DNA of 64,000 nucleotides from positions 1-64,000 of IMG/VR virus record IMGVR_UViG_3300037781_000042; one strand, given 5' to 3'. Of this stretch, positions 36,732-46,445 are shown piece after piece. This DNA is from a virus (Duplodnaviria; Caudoviricetes). The notes below the pieces were generated by a model. That model ran no database searches and was not told the DNA's origin. It saw only the letters and a program-made list of their open reading frames with translations. Position 1 is the first letter of the stretch. Each line of letters begins with the position of its first letter. The position numbers were made by a program, and so were the translations under genes.

Positions 36732-37334
36732 TTGAATAAATTATCAAATCCTTTAATTATTACTAAATCTCAGTCCGGAGAAAAAGCTTACGATTTACAT
36801 TCATTATTGTTTAAAGAAAGAAAAATAATGATTAATTCTGATATAGATGAAGATGTATCTCAATCAATAGTATCTCAATTATTACATTTAGATGAAGAAG
36901 ATTCAAATGAAGAAATTATTCTTTTTATAAATTCTCCTGGTGGAAGTGTTACTGACGGTTTAGCAATTTATGATACTATTCAATTTATAGATGCTCCAGT
37001 TACTACAGTATGTGTAGGTCTTGCTGCTTCAATGGCCCAAGTTTTATTATGCGCAGGAGAACCTGGAAGAAGATTTTCTTTTCCTAATTCTAGAATAATG
37101 ATGCATCAGCCTTCAGGTGGAACTTGGGGACAAGGATCGGATATAGAAATTTATCATAATGAGATGGTAAAAATAAAGGATCTACTTTATGGAATAATTC
37201 AAAAACATACTGGAAAATCTTATGAAGAAATTAAAAAACACGCAGATAGAGATTATTGGATGTCTCCTAAAGAAGCTAAAAAATATAATCTAATAGATAA
37301 AATTATTAAATCTAAAAAAGATTTATTTAGCTAA
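36732..37334 (+). CDS. clpP: ClpP protease proteolytic subunit
   Basis: INSPGGSVTDGLAIYDT, AASMA (Ser), MMHQP (His) and DRDYWMS (Asp). TTG start. Confidence 0.93.
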   Translation: MNKLSNPLIITKSQSGEKAYDLHSLLFKERKIMINSDIDEDVSQSIVSQLLHLDEEDSNEEIILFINSPGGSVTDGLAIYDTIQFIDAPVTTVCVGLAASMAQVLLCAGEPGRRFSFPNSRIMMHQPSGGTWGQGSDIEIYHNEMVKIKDLLYGIIQKHTGKSYEEIKKHADRDYWMSPKEAKKYNLIDKIIKSKKDLFS

Positions 37335-38696
37335 TTCTTCTTCTAGAACATAATAAAGAGTTTCATTTATATTTTCTTCATTTAGAAAATAATCATTATC
37401 AATAGATTTGATAGTATCGATTAAGAAACTTGAAAAGTTTGCTGTTTCTCTCAGGCCTACTAAATAAAGTAGGGCATTAGGAATACTTTCTTTTTCTTTT
37501 ATTATCATGATAGTAGAATCAAAATTCCAATCTATTTTACTATTAAAAAATCCTTCTAAATAATTTACTGTCATTTTAAATATTTCAGAATTTTTTAATT
37601 GTTGATTTAACATCCATAAATTTCTTAATATCATTTGGACAGTATCTGAATCTTGAAATGCTAATAGTTCATGCAGATGTGTTATAGTATGATCAGGAAA
37701 AAGTTCTTTAACATTTTCAGAAAGTCTTACACTGTCAACCCATTCTATCTCAAGGTCTTCATATAATCCTTCTCCATACACTTCATAATTTTCGATATAT
37801 TCTAGTATTTCATTCATAGGTATATTATCAATAGAATCATCTAAATCATGATAATTTAAAAATGATTCAAATACATTGCCTCTAGGTTTAACTATTAAAT
37901 AACCATCTTGAAATATTAAAGTACTATTTGCAGCGTATAAGAAATTATCAAGGACTGAATCATTATTAATAATTCTTTCTTTAAGTATTTTCCCTATAAC
38001 TTTTCTAGCATTTGTAAATGGAATGTCGGTAAGTTCTACTTCACTATCATATTCATTCATAAATTGGCCAGATTCAAAGTGTAACTGATATTTGTCTTCA
38101 GGATTTTCCTTGCTTATAAAAATATAAAGTGGTCCATCTTCTGTATATTCATTAAACATTGAATCATCATCTTTAGCAGCAGTACACCATCTAGTTCCTT
38201 TTCCATAATAACAGGCAGCATTATGAGTTTCTGGAACTATGACTAAAAATTCATCATCTTCATAGATAAGTTTAGCCTCATCATTTTTAATTTCTTTTTC
38301 TATGTCTCTATTTGATTTAGTTTCTGAGTCATCAAATTTAAGTACTTCTTTTGTTAATTCAGGAAGAGATTTATAATCAAAGATATTCGAAGAAAGACCT
38401 TTTTCTTTAAGTACTTTCATTCTACTTAATTTATCGAAAGATTTTAATATTTCATTAAATTTGTAAAGGTCTTCTTTTTTAACGAGTTTTTCGCTTTTCT
38501 TTCTAAGGTTTAACATCCATTTAGAATATTTTCCTATTTTTCTAACTTCTCCTTTATCATCTAAAAGAGTAGTTGGATCAGTTTTGACTATTGATAAAAA
38601 GGTTTCTTTATCAATTGAATTGTAATATTTATCATGAATTTCTAACGGAGTAGCTAATTCAAATAAAAAATCTTTAAATGGAAGAAATGTTTTCAT
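37323..38696 (-). CDS. Conserved phage protein (PcfJ-like core) with a capsid-targeting-like N-terminus
   Basis: PETHNAACYYGKGTRWCTAA..FNEY..DGPLYIFI..KYQLHF motif. N-terminus is MKTFLPFKDFLFE. Confidence 0.6.
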   Translation of the reverse strand: MKTFLPFKDFLFELATPLEIHDKYYNSIDKETFLSIVKTDPTTLLDDKGEVRKIGKYSKWMLNLRKKSEKLVKKEDLYKFNEILKSFDKLSRMKVLKEKGLSSNIFDYKSLPELTKEVLKFDDSETKSNRDIEKEIKNDEAKLIYEDDEFLVIVPETHNAACYYGKGTRWCTAAKDDDSMFNEYTEDGPLYIFISKENPEDKYQLHFESGQFMNEYDSEVELTDIPFTNARKVIGKILKERIINNDSVLDNFLYAANSTLIFQDGYLIVKPRGNVFESFLNYHDLDDSIDNIPMNEILEYIENYEVYGEGLYEDLEIEWVDSVRLSENVKELFPDHTITHLHELLAFQDSDTVQMILRNLWMLNQQLKNSEIFKMTVNYLEGFFNSKIDWNFDSTIMIIKEKESIPNALLYLVGLRETANFSSFLIDTIKSIDNDYFLNEENINETLYYVLEEELAK

Positions 38697-38856
38697 TAAT
38701 CTACTTTTTCTATTTTACATTTTGTACTTAAATATCCTCTATAATCTAAACAGTATTTTCTGTTTTTATTAAATTCTTTTTTAATCATTTCATAACCGGT
38801 ATCTCCATCTGGTATTTCAATGACTCTATTTCTTTTATCCATTGTAGGTTTCATAA

Positions 38857-39513
38857 TTAACTAAAGTATTTATCATATAAAGAAGAAAGACCATCACTCG
38901 CATATTTATAAACCATTCCAAATAAAGAAAGTTTTTCTCCATCTATTTCAAAGTTTTCTCCACAAATAACTCCATTTACAGCTTCATGAACCATTTTAGG
39001 ATTTAATATTTGATCTTGAATATTGTGGTAAATTCCAGAAGATAAAAAAGAAGTTGATACTGGAAGACCTAAAAATTTTAAAATTTTGATAAAGATTTTA
39101 TCGCTTAACCAATATTTCATAGATCCTGCAATTCCTGCAGAAAATGCACTACAAAAATCTGCTTCTTTATCATCATCTAATATATCTGTTCCTAATTGTT
39201 CAATTGCATGAACTATTCCATAAGTGAACATATACCAAAAGATGCTTCCTTTTACCATTCCTAATTGTTTAGCAATCGGTGAAATGATTCCAGCAGAAAC
39301 TTCTATTAATAAAGTTCTATTGAAATTAATAGAACTTAAAAAACCTGTAAATTCATATAATTCTTTATCTGTAGTAGCAAGTTCTGTAGATTTAATTAAC
39401 TCGTAATTTTCTTTTCCGCCAGCTCTTTCTATTAACAATTCTTCTGTTATAAATAAAGTTTCGGGAATTGTATTTAAAGGAGTATTAAATTCTGAATATT
39501 GAGTAATTGACAT
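38857..39513 (-). CDS. Hypothetical protein with hydrophobic helices
   Basis: 218 aa, preceded by a minus-strand late motif at 39539-39547. Confidence 0.7.
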   Translation of the reverse strand: MSITQYSEFNTPLNTIPETLFITEELLIERAGGKENYELIKSTELATTDKELYEFTGFLSSINFNRTLLIEVSAGIISPIAKQLGMVKGSIFWYMFTYGIVHAIEQLGTDILDDDKEADFCSAFSAGIAGSMKYWLSDKIFIKILKFLGLPVSTSFLSSGIYHNIQDQILNPKMVHEAVNGVICGENFEIDGEKLSLFGMVYKYASDGLSSLYDKYFS

Positions 39514-39538
39514 TTTTTTATCTAAAATTTTCTATAAA

Positions 39539-39563
39539 CTATATATTTCTGCAAAATATATAG
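39539..39563. promoter_or_regulatory. Back-to-back divergent late promoters
   Basis: CTATATATT at 39539-39547 (minus-strand AATATATAG) and AATATATAG at 39555-39563. Confidence 0.65.
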
Positions 39564-39588
39564 ACTATATTGTATAAAGTAGAATTAC

Positions 39589-42500
39589 GTGAGTAACCAA
39601 AAGAAATATTATTCAGATATAAATCTTCTTAAAAATTATTTAAGAAATGTTAAAATAGATTCAAAAGATAATCCCCAAACTTCAGATGTAGAAGTAAATG
39701 AAGTATTTTTTAAAGATGGAGATGCTTCTAATTTGTGGACTTATAATGGATCAGAAATTGTTAAAATAGGATCTCAAGCAACTGTAAATTCATTTACAAT
39801 TGACGAAGATCTAGATTTAAACGATTTTAAAATAATTAATGTGGCAGAACCAGAAGATCCAAATGATGTAGTTACTTTACAGTATTTCCAAGATTATATT
39901 AATTCTACAGATGCTTTTGATTTAGCAAATTCTACAATAACATATACAGATTCTATTGCTTTAGATTCTGATATTAATCATCTTGATAATATGATGTTAA
40001 TAGATGCTGCTATTGTAGCTTCTATTGAAGCACCTACAAAATTAGAAAATTCTACTTTTTCTGTAAGTGCTGAAACATTTGAAGCAAAGCTTCCTTCAGG
40101 ATTAAATGCCAGTTGGTATACCGAAGATTCTGCCGGAGATACAATAGAAAATTATGTCACAGTTCCAAACATTTCTTTAGATGTAAGTTTTCTTTCTGGA
40201 GTATATTCAGATTCCAATACTTATGGAAACGTTTCTGTTGTATTAGACGGTTCTTTAAATGCCACAATATTAGATGTTGCAACTTTAGAAGATAATAATT
40301 ATTCTTCTGGAAGATTAGATGCAAATGTTCAATTATTATCTAATGATGAATATTCTGAATATTGGAATGAATTATCTACTAAATCTAATTTAACTATAAA
40401 AGATGAAGGTGTAATTAAGTTTCAATTAATCTCAAGTAAAACTGGGGATGGACCAATACAAAAATTGTATTATGATGATGAAACTTCTATCCCATCTTTT
40501 TCAGCTGCTTTAACAGCTACTCCAGATACTGAAGTTTATAAATATTTATCTAATGTTTCTTATTATAAAGTAGGAACTACTATAGATTATGGATATACAG
40601 CAGCTTCTGGTATTTATAATAAATCTTATCATCCTACAGAAGTTTCTAAAGTTTATATTAATTCAAAATCTTTTGATGATATAATTCATAATCCAGTAGG
40701 AACTCCAGCATATAATGATACTTTAGTAGTTTCTGATACTGCGACAATTGATGTAGTAGATACTACAACAGGGTTATTGAAAGGAACCGTTTATGCTAAA
40801 TTACAGAAACCTGATGGCCAAGAAGCAGTAGATTTTGTAGAACTTTCTAAAGGAATAAATACGTATGGAGATGAGGCTACAAATTTAGAAGAATACTTCT
40901 TAGATGAAAGTTATAGATTAGAGCTTGGAGGAGAAGTAGCATGGGATTCTGAAACTTCATTTGATGATGCAGATGGAGGACCAGACGCTCAAGTAAAAAA
41001 TGGATATTTACTATATCCTATAGCAGCAGATTATGGAAATAGTCCTACTGGAAATAAAGAATATAATAGAAGATTTTATCCTGGTGTTCCTGTAAATTCA
41101 GCATATTTAAAATTTGAAGGAATTAATATTACTGATATTTCTCCTTATGGAACAGGATCTTTAAATGTATTAATAGAATTAACTGATCAATCAGTATTTT
41201 ATGATTTAGGAAAATCTACTGGAGGAGGAGATGGTTCTTCAAGAGCAGATTCTATTCCAGGACAAGAACAGATATTAAAAGATAATATTGTTAATTTTAC
41301 TTTACTTACTAATTCTACGGGATTAGAATCTACTGAATCGTATAAATTAATTGTTATCTTTAGAGATAATTCTCATACCCTAACTTCTATAATCCATTAC
41401 GATACTTTCTTTGATGTAAGTTCAGATGAAGATAATGAATTTGGTATTAGAGGACCTCAAGGTAACCAAGGAGCTGCCGGAGCAGATGGGAGTTCCGGAC
41501 CACAAGGAAATGACGCAAATTTAACGGGTGCTACAGGTGCACAAGGTGTACAAGGGAATCAAGGATGGCAAGGTGAGATTGGATTTCAAGGCAACCAAGG
41601 CAACCAAGGCAACCAAGGATTTCAAGGTAACCAAGGATTTCAAGGTAATCAAGGATGGCAAGGTGAAATAGGTCCGACTGGTGTACAAGGTACCCAAGGT
41701 AACCAAGGATGGCAAGGTAACCAAGGTTTAAAAGGTAACCAAGGAGATTTTGGTCCTACTGGCATACAAGGAAACCAGGGTAACCAAGGATGGCAAGGTT
41801 CAATTGGATTCCAAGGTAACCAAGGATGGCAGGGTGAAATAGGTCCTACTGGCGTACAAGGAAACCAGGGTAACCAAGGATGGCAAGGTTCAATTGGATT
41901 CCAAGGTAACCAAGGATGGCAGGGTGAAATAGGTCCTACTGGTGTACAAGGAAACCAAGGAAACCAGGGTAACCAAGGATGGCAAGGAAACCAGGGTAAT
42001 CAAGGTTTAAAAGGAGATACCGGTGACCAAGGTGTACAAGGTAACCAAGGTAACCAAGGATGGCAAGGTTTAAGAGGATTTCAAGGTAATCAAGGATGGC
42101 AAGGTGAAATAGGTCCGACTGGCGATCAAGGAAACCAAGGTAACCAAGGATGGCAAGGTTTAAAAGGAGATACTGGTGATCAAGGAAACCAAGGTAATCA
42201 AGGTTGGCAAGGTAATCAAGGTTTAAGAGGATTTCAAGGTTTAAAAGGAGATACGGGAGATACCGGCAACCAAGGGTTCCAAGGTAACCAAGGATGGCAA
42301 GGTTTAAAAGGAGATACTGGTGATCAAGGGTTCCAAGGAAATACTGGTGATCAGGGCGATCAGGGACCACAAGGTAACCAAGGTAACCAGGGTAACCAAG
42401 GATGGCAAGGTTTAAAAGGAGATACTGGTGATCAAGGTGTACAAGGTAACCAAGGAAATCAGGGTTTAAAAGGAGATACTGGAGATCAAGGGTTCCAGGG

Positions 42501-43419
42501 TAACCAAGGATGGCAAGGTTTAAAAGGAGATACTGGTGATCAAGGGTTCCAGGGTAACCAAGGATGGCAAGGTTTAAAAGGAGATACTGGAGATCAAGGT
42601 GTACAAGGTAATGTAGGTTCAAATGGTGCTGACGGTAATCAGGGTAACCAAGGATGGCAAGGTAATGTAGGTTCAAATGGTGCTGACGGTAATCAGGGTA
42701 ATCAGGGTAATCAGGGTTTAAAAGGAGATACTGGAGATCAAGGGTTCCAAGGAAATACTGGTGATCAGGGCGATCAGGGACCACAAGGTAACCAGGGTAA
42801 CCAGGGTAACCAAGGATACCAGGGAAATCAAGGTATAAGAGGTTTCCAAGGGTTTCAAGGAAACGTAGGCTCAAATGGTGCTAATGGTAATCAGGGTAAC
42901 CAAGGGTTCCAGGGTAACCAAGGATGGCAAGGTTTAAAAGGAGATACTGGAGATCAAGGGTTCCAAGGTAATGTAGGTTCAAATGGTGCTGACGGTAATC
43001 AGGGTAACCAAGGAAACCAGGGTAATGCTGGTACTATAGGGGTTGATGGCAATCAAGGTAATCAGGGTAACCAAGGAAACCAGGGTAATGCTGGTACTAT
43101 AGGGGTTGATGGTAACCAGGGTAACCAAGGATGGCAAGGAAATGAAGGTACATTTGGAGGAACATTAACATCTGATATAACTCCTAATTTAGATAATACT
43201 CATGATTTAGGGTCTGCTAGTTTTAGAATGGCATCTGTCTATACAAACGATTTGTTTACTGGTGATATTCATTTCTTAAATAAATGGAGAGCAATTGAGT
43301 ATGTAAATAATGATCCTGAACAATTAATAGATGGTTTAATATTCGTAGATGCTAATAATATAGAAATATTTAGAATAGGTCAAGATGGAATATATTTTAA
43401 AGGAAATAAAATAAATTAA
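39589..43419 (+). CDS. Collagen-like virion fibre protein
   Basis: 1276 aa, GTG start. About 190 G-X-Y triplets (GNQ/GWQ/GFQ/GDT) between a large N-terminal region and a short C-terminal domain (ITPNLDNTHDLGSASFR). Confidence 0.85.
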   Translation: MSNQKKYYSDINLLKNYLRNVKIDSKDNPQTSDVEVNEVFFKDGDASNLWTYNGSEIVKIGSQATVNSFTIDEDLDLNDFKIINVAEPEDPNDVVTLQYFQDYINSTDAFDLANSTITYTDSIALDSDINHLDNMMLIDAAIVASIEAPTKLENSTFSVSAETFEAKLPSGLNASWYTEDSAGDTIENYVTVPNISLDVSFLSGVYSDSNTYGNVSVVLDGSLNATILDVATLEDNNYSSGRLDANVQLLSNDEYSEYWNELSTKSNLTIKDEGVIKFQLISSKTGDGPIQKLYYDDETSIPSFSAALTATPDTEVYKYLSNVSYYKVGTTIDYGYTAASGIYNKSYHPTEVSKVYINSKSFDDIIHNPVGTPAYNDTLVVSDTATIDVVDTTTGLLKGTVYAKLQKPDGQEAVDFVELSKGINTYGDEATNLEEYFLDESYRLELGGEVAWDSETSFDDADGGPDAQVKNGYLLYPIAADYGNSPTGNKEYNRRFYPGVPVNSAYLKFEGINITDISPYGTGSLNVLIELTDQSVFYDLGKSTGGGDGSSRADSIPGQEQILKDNIVNFTLLTNSTGLESTESYKLIVIFRDNSHTLTSIIHYDTFFDVSSDEDNEFGIRGPQGNQGAAGADGSSGPQGNDANLTGATGAQGVQGNQGWQGEIGFQGNQGNQGNQGFQGNQGFQGNQGWQGEIGPTGVQGTQGNQGWQGNQGLKGNQGDFGPTGIQGNQGNQGWQGSIGFQGNQGWQGEIGPTGVQGNQGNQGWQGSIGFQGNQGWQGEIGPTGVQGNQGNQGNQGWQGNQGNQGLKGDTGDQGVQGNQGNQGWQGLRGFQGNQGWQGEIGPTGDQGNQGNQGWQGLKGDTGDQGNQGNQGWQGNQGLRGFQGLKGDTGDTGNQGFQGNQGWQGLKGDTGDQGFQGNTGDQGDQGPQGNQGNQGNQGWQGLKGDTGDQGVQGNQGNQGLKGDTGDQGFQGNQGWQGLKGDTGDQGFQGNQGWQGLKGDTGDQGVQGNVGSNGADGNQGNQGWQGNVGSNGADGNQGNQGNQGLKGDTGDQGFQGNTGDQGDQGPQGNQGNQGNQGYQGNQGIRGFQGFQGNVGSNGANGNQGNQGFQGNQGWQGLKGDTGDQGFQGNVGSNGADGNQGNQGNQGNAGTIGVDGNQGNQGNQGNQGNAGTIGVDGNQGNQGWQGNEGTFGGTLTSDITPNLDNTHDLGSASFRMASVYTNDLFTGDIHFLNKWRAIEYVNNDPEQLIDGLIFVDANNIEIFRIGQDGIYFKGNKIN
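41443..43152 (+). repeat. Coding tandem repeat (collagen G-X-Y block 1)
   Basis: Degenerate 9-nt units such as ggtaaccaa, ggatggcaa and ggtttaaaa. Confidence 0.9.
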
Positions 43420-43420
43420 A

Positions 43421-44938
43421 ATGGGAATTTATTTACCAGAAGAATCTAAACCTTCTAATCCTAGTGCAGGAAATGTAAGGTTGTATAATAAAAACAATGA
43501 ACTCTATTTGGTAGAATCGGATGGAAGTGAAAGTGCTGTATCTTTATCAACAAGTTCTGATGTTGTTTATACGATAAGTGATAAAACTGCTAATTATACA
43601 GTATTAGATGCAGAAGCAGACGGAGAAACAATTTTTACTAATAGAGGAACTTCTTCTGATTTAACTTTTACTTTACCTACAGCAACTATTAATAAAAAAG
43701 TATTAATAATAAACATTACTTCTGATTATTTAGTAACAGTAGAAGCAGCAGTAGGAGATCAGATAGGTAGTCGTTCTGAACCTTTTAGTAAAGTTTTTTT
43801 AAAGAATGGAAATTATAATGTAGCTTCTTTTCTTGCTATTAATTCTACTACATGGTTAGTAGAATTTTATACTAGTATATTAAATGTTAAAGTAAACGAA
43901 GTAGCAGCGCCTTGGGATGCTAGTTATTCTTTACTTAGTTCTGGTGAAGCATGGTCATGGGGGCAAGGACAATATGGAACGTTGGGTAATGATACAACAA
44001 CTTCAGAATCTACTCCAACTCAAGTCTGTGGTGGTCATACGTTTTGTAAAATATCAGGTGGACAATATCATGCTGTAGCCTTAAAATCCAATGGTGAAGC
44101 ATGGTCATGGGGGTATGGAAACTGGGGTATTTTAGGTGATGATAGTACTACGAGTGTAAGAGTTCCAGCTCAAGTTTGTGGTGGTCATACGTTCTGTCAT
44201 ATTTCTTTAGGTGCTTATTCATCTAGTGCTATTGATAATAATGGACAGGCTTGGTGTTGGGGTAGAAATGATTATGGTAAAATAGGAGATAATAGCGTTT
44301 CTAGTAGACGTACTCCAGTCCAAGTCTGTGGTGGTCACACTTTCTGCCACATAAACGTTTCTAGTTATCATACGGCAGCAATAGATCATTTAGGACAGGC
44401 TTGGTGCTGGGGATATAACAATGACGGACAGTTAGGAAATAATTCAACTACAAGCACTAGGACACCCGTTCAAGTTTGTGGAGGTCATACTTTCTGTAAG
44501 ATAATTACAGGTTGGTTTCATACAATAGCAATAGATAATTTAGGACAGGCTTGGTCATGGGGAGACGGTGGCTTTGGTGTATTGGGAGATAACACTGCTA
44601 CAAACAAATCAACTCCAATACAAGTATGTGGAGGTCATACTTTCTGTGAAATTTCAGGAGGTGTATACCACGCTATTGCAATAGACAATAATGGAGATAC
44701 TTGGACATGGGGGAGAAATAATCAAGGACAAATAGGAGATAATTCAACTACAGATAGAAGTACTCCTGTGCAAGTCTGTGGTGGTCATACGTTCTGTAAG
44801 ATAACTGGGGGTTTTTATCATTCTTTAGCAATAGATAATAATAGTATGGTATGGTCATGGGGAAGAAATAACTATGGACAATTAGGAACAGGTACTTCAA
44901 TAGACAGTAGATCTACTCCTGTTCAAGTTGTATATTAA
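43421..44938 (+). CDS. RCC1-repeat beta-propeller protein 1 (probable fibre tip / receptor binding)
   Basis: 50-aa repeats AW.WG.N..GQLG.....STPVQVCGGHTFC.I. Six CGGHTFC motifs at an exact 150-nt period (44021-44771). Confidence 0.88.
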   Translation: MGIYLPEESKPSNPSAGNVRLYNKNNELYLVESDGSESAVSLSTSSDVVYTISDKTANYTVLDAEADGETIFTNRGTSSDLTFTLPTATINKKVLIINITSDYLVTVEAAVGDQIGSRSEPFSKVFLKNGNYNVASFLAINSTTWLVEFYTSILNVKVNEVAAPWDASYSLLSSGEAWSWGQGQYGTLGNDTTTSESTPTQVCGGHTFCKISGGQYHAVALKSNGEAWSWGYGNWGILGDDSTTSVRVPAQVCGGHTFCHISLGAYSSSAIDNNGQAWCWGRNDYGKIGDNSVSSRRTPVQVCGGHTFCHINVSSYHTAAIDHLGQAWCWGYNNDGQLGNNSTTSTRTPVQVCGGHTFCKIITGWFHTIAIDNLGQAWSWGDGGFGVLGDNTATNKSTPIQVCGGHTFCEISGGVYHAIAIDNNGDTWTWGRNNQGQIGDNSTTDRSTPVQVCGGHTFCKITGGFYHSLAIDNNSMVWSWGRNNYGQLGTGTSIDSRSTPVQVVY

Positions 44939-44946
44939 AAAATATT

Positions 44947-46443
44947 ATGATACGTTTAAAAAAAGATGAAGCAGATAATACACAAGTAGCCAATAATTTA
45001 ATTATTAATAATTCTAAAATAATTGATGAAAATGGTGCTACTTCTAACTTCGTAGGTTTTCGTGAAACTGTTGAATTTTCAACTGATTTAGTGTTGACTA
45101 CATCTCAATGTAAATCTAAATTATACAATTACACAGGTTCTACAGCTATAAATATTACTTTGCCAAAGATATCAGAAACTGGATTAAATTTAGAAATATT
45201 CACGGGAGATTCACAGTTATTTGTAGAAACTAATATAGCAGATAATATTTCAAATGGTTCTTCTACTGGTCAATTAATTTTATTAGAATCTAATTCTCTT
45301 TATAGTTTAGTTAGTTTAACTACACTTCAATGGTTTATGGATAAAAAAACTTCTGAGTTTGCTTTGGTGTTTGATGAAGATATTAGTTTCGATGATGTTA
45401 TTGTTTCTAATAGATCAGATGATTTTCATGTTATTTTAGACACCAACGGTCAAGCATGGGCTTGGGGCAATAATAGTTTCGGTAAACTCGGGAATAACGA
45501 TACGAATAGGATGGAAAAACCCGTTCAAGTCTGTGGTGGTCATACGTTCTGTAAGGTAGTGGTTGGAGATGATCATGTTTTAGCATTAGATCATTTAGGT
45601 GCAATGTGGGCTTGGGGGAGAGGAAATTATGGAAGTTTGGGAAATAATTCAACTGCAAGTTCTAGGACTCCCATTCAAGTCTGTGGTGGTCACACTTTCT
45701 GCGAAATTTCAGCTGGACAATATCATTCTCTCGCTATTGATAATAATGGACAGGCTTGGTGTTGGGGTTTTGCTCAATATGGTAGATTAGGAGACAATAC
45801 TACAACAAATAAATCTACTCCCGTCCAAGTCTGTGGTGGTCACACGTTCTGTAAAATATCAGGAGGGGAGTGGCATTCTGCCGCTATTGATAATAACGGA
45901 CAGGCATGGGGATGGGGATATAACGCTTTTGGTAATTTAGGAGATAATACAAATGTTAGTAAACTTACTCCCGTTCAAGTCTGCGGAGGCCACACGTTCT
46001 GTAAATTAACAACAGGTTTTGATTTTACTATGGCGTTAAAATCAAATGGTGAAGCCTGGGGATGGGGTGATGCGGGATATGGTGTTTTAGGAATACAATC
46101 TTATTTGGATAGATCGACCCCTGTCCAAGTCTGCGGAGGCCACACGTTCTGTGAAATATTTTCTGGGCAGTATCATAACTTTGCAAAAGATGCAGATGGA
46201 ACGACATGGGCTTGGGGAGAAGGAAATGGATTTAAATTAGGTACTAATTATGATAGTAATATACTTACTCCTGTAGAAGTTTGTTATTCTTATTCACGAT
46301 ATATATCGAACAGATATGCAACTCTAGGAATTGATGATAATAATAAAATATGGTCATGGGGACAAAATCATAATGGAGTATTAGGTATTAATAGTGATGA
46401 TGTTTCATTTGAAAGAAGTTCTCCAGGAAGATTACAGTTATAA
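44947..46443 (+). CDS. RCC1-repeat beta-propeller protein 2
   Basis: Five CGGHTFC repeats at a 150-nt period (45526-46126). Confidence 0.88.
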   Translation: MIRLKKDEADNTQVANNLIINNSKIIDENGATSNFVGFRETVEFSTDLVLTTSQCKSKLYNYTGSTAINITLPKISETGLNLEIFTGDSQLFVETNIADNISNGSSTGQLILLESNSLYSLVSLTTLQWFMDKKTSEFALVFDEDISFDDVIVSNRSDDFHVILDTNGQAWAWGNNSFGKLGNNDTNRMEKPVQVCGGHTFCKVVVGDDHVLALDHLGAMWAWGRGNYGSLGNNSTASSRTPIQVCGGHTFCEISAGQYHSLAIDNNGQAWCWGFAQYGRLGDNTTTNKSTPVQVCGGHTFCKISGGEWHSAAIDNNGQAWGWGYNAFGNLGDNTNVSKLTPVQVCGGHTFCKLTTGFDFTMALKSNGEAWGWGDAGYGVLGIQSYLDRSTPVQVCGGHTFCEIFSGQYHNFAKDADGTTWAWGEGNGFKLGTNYDSNILTPVEVCYSYSRYISNRYATLGIDDNNKIWSWGQNHNGVLGINSDDVSFERSSPGRLQL

Positions 46444-46445
46444 TT

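Noticed and set aside
38700-38856. Tiny minus-strand ORFs (24-32 aa) between 38696 and 38857
   Set aside because: They are too short, with no motif or RBS support, so they cannot be called from sequence alone.
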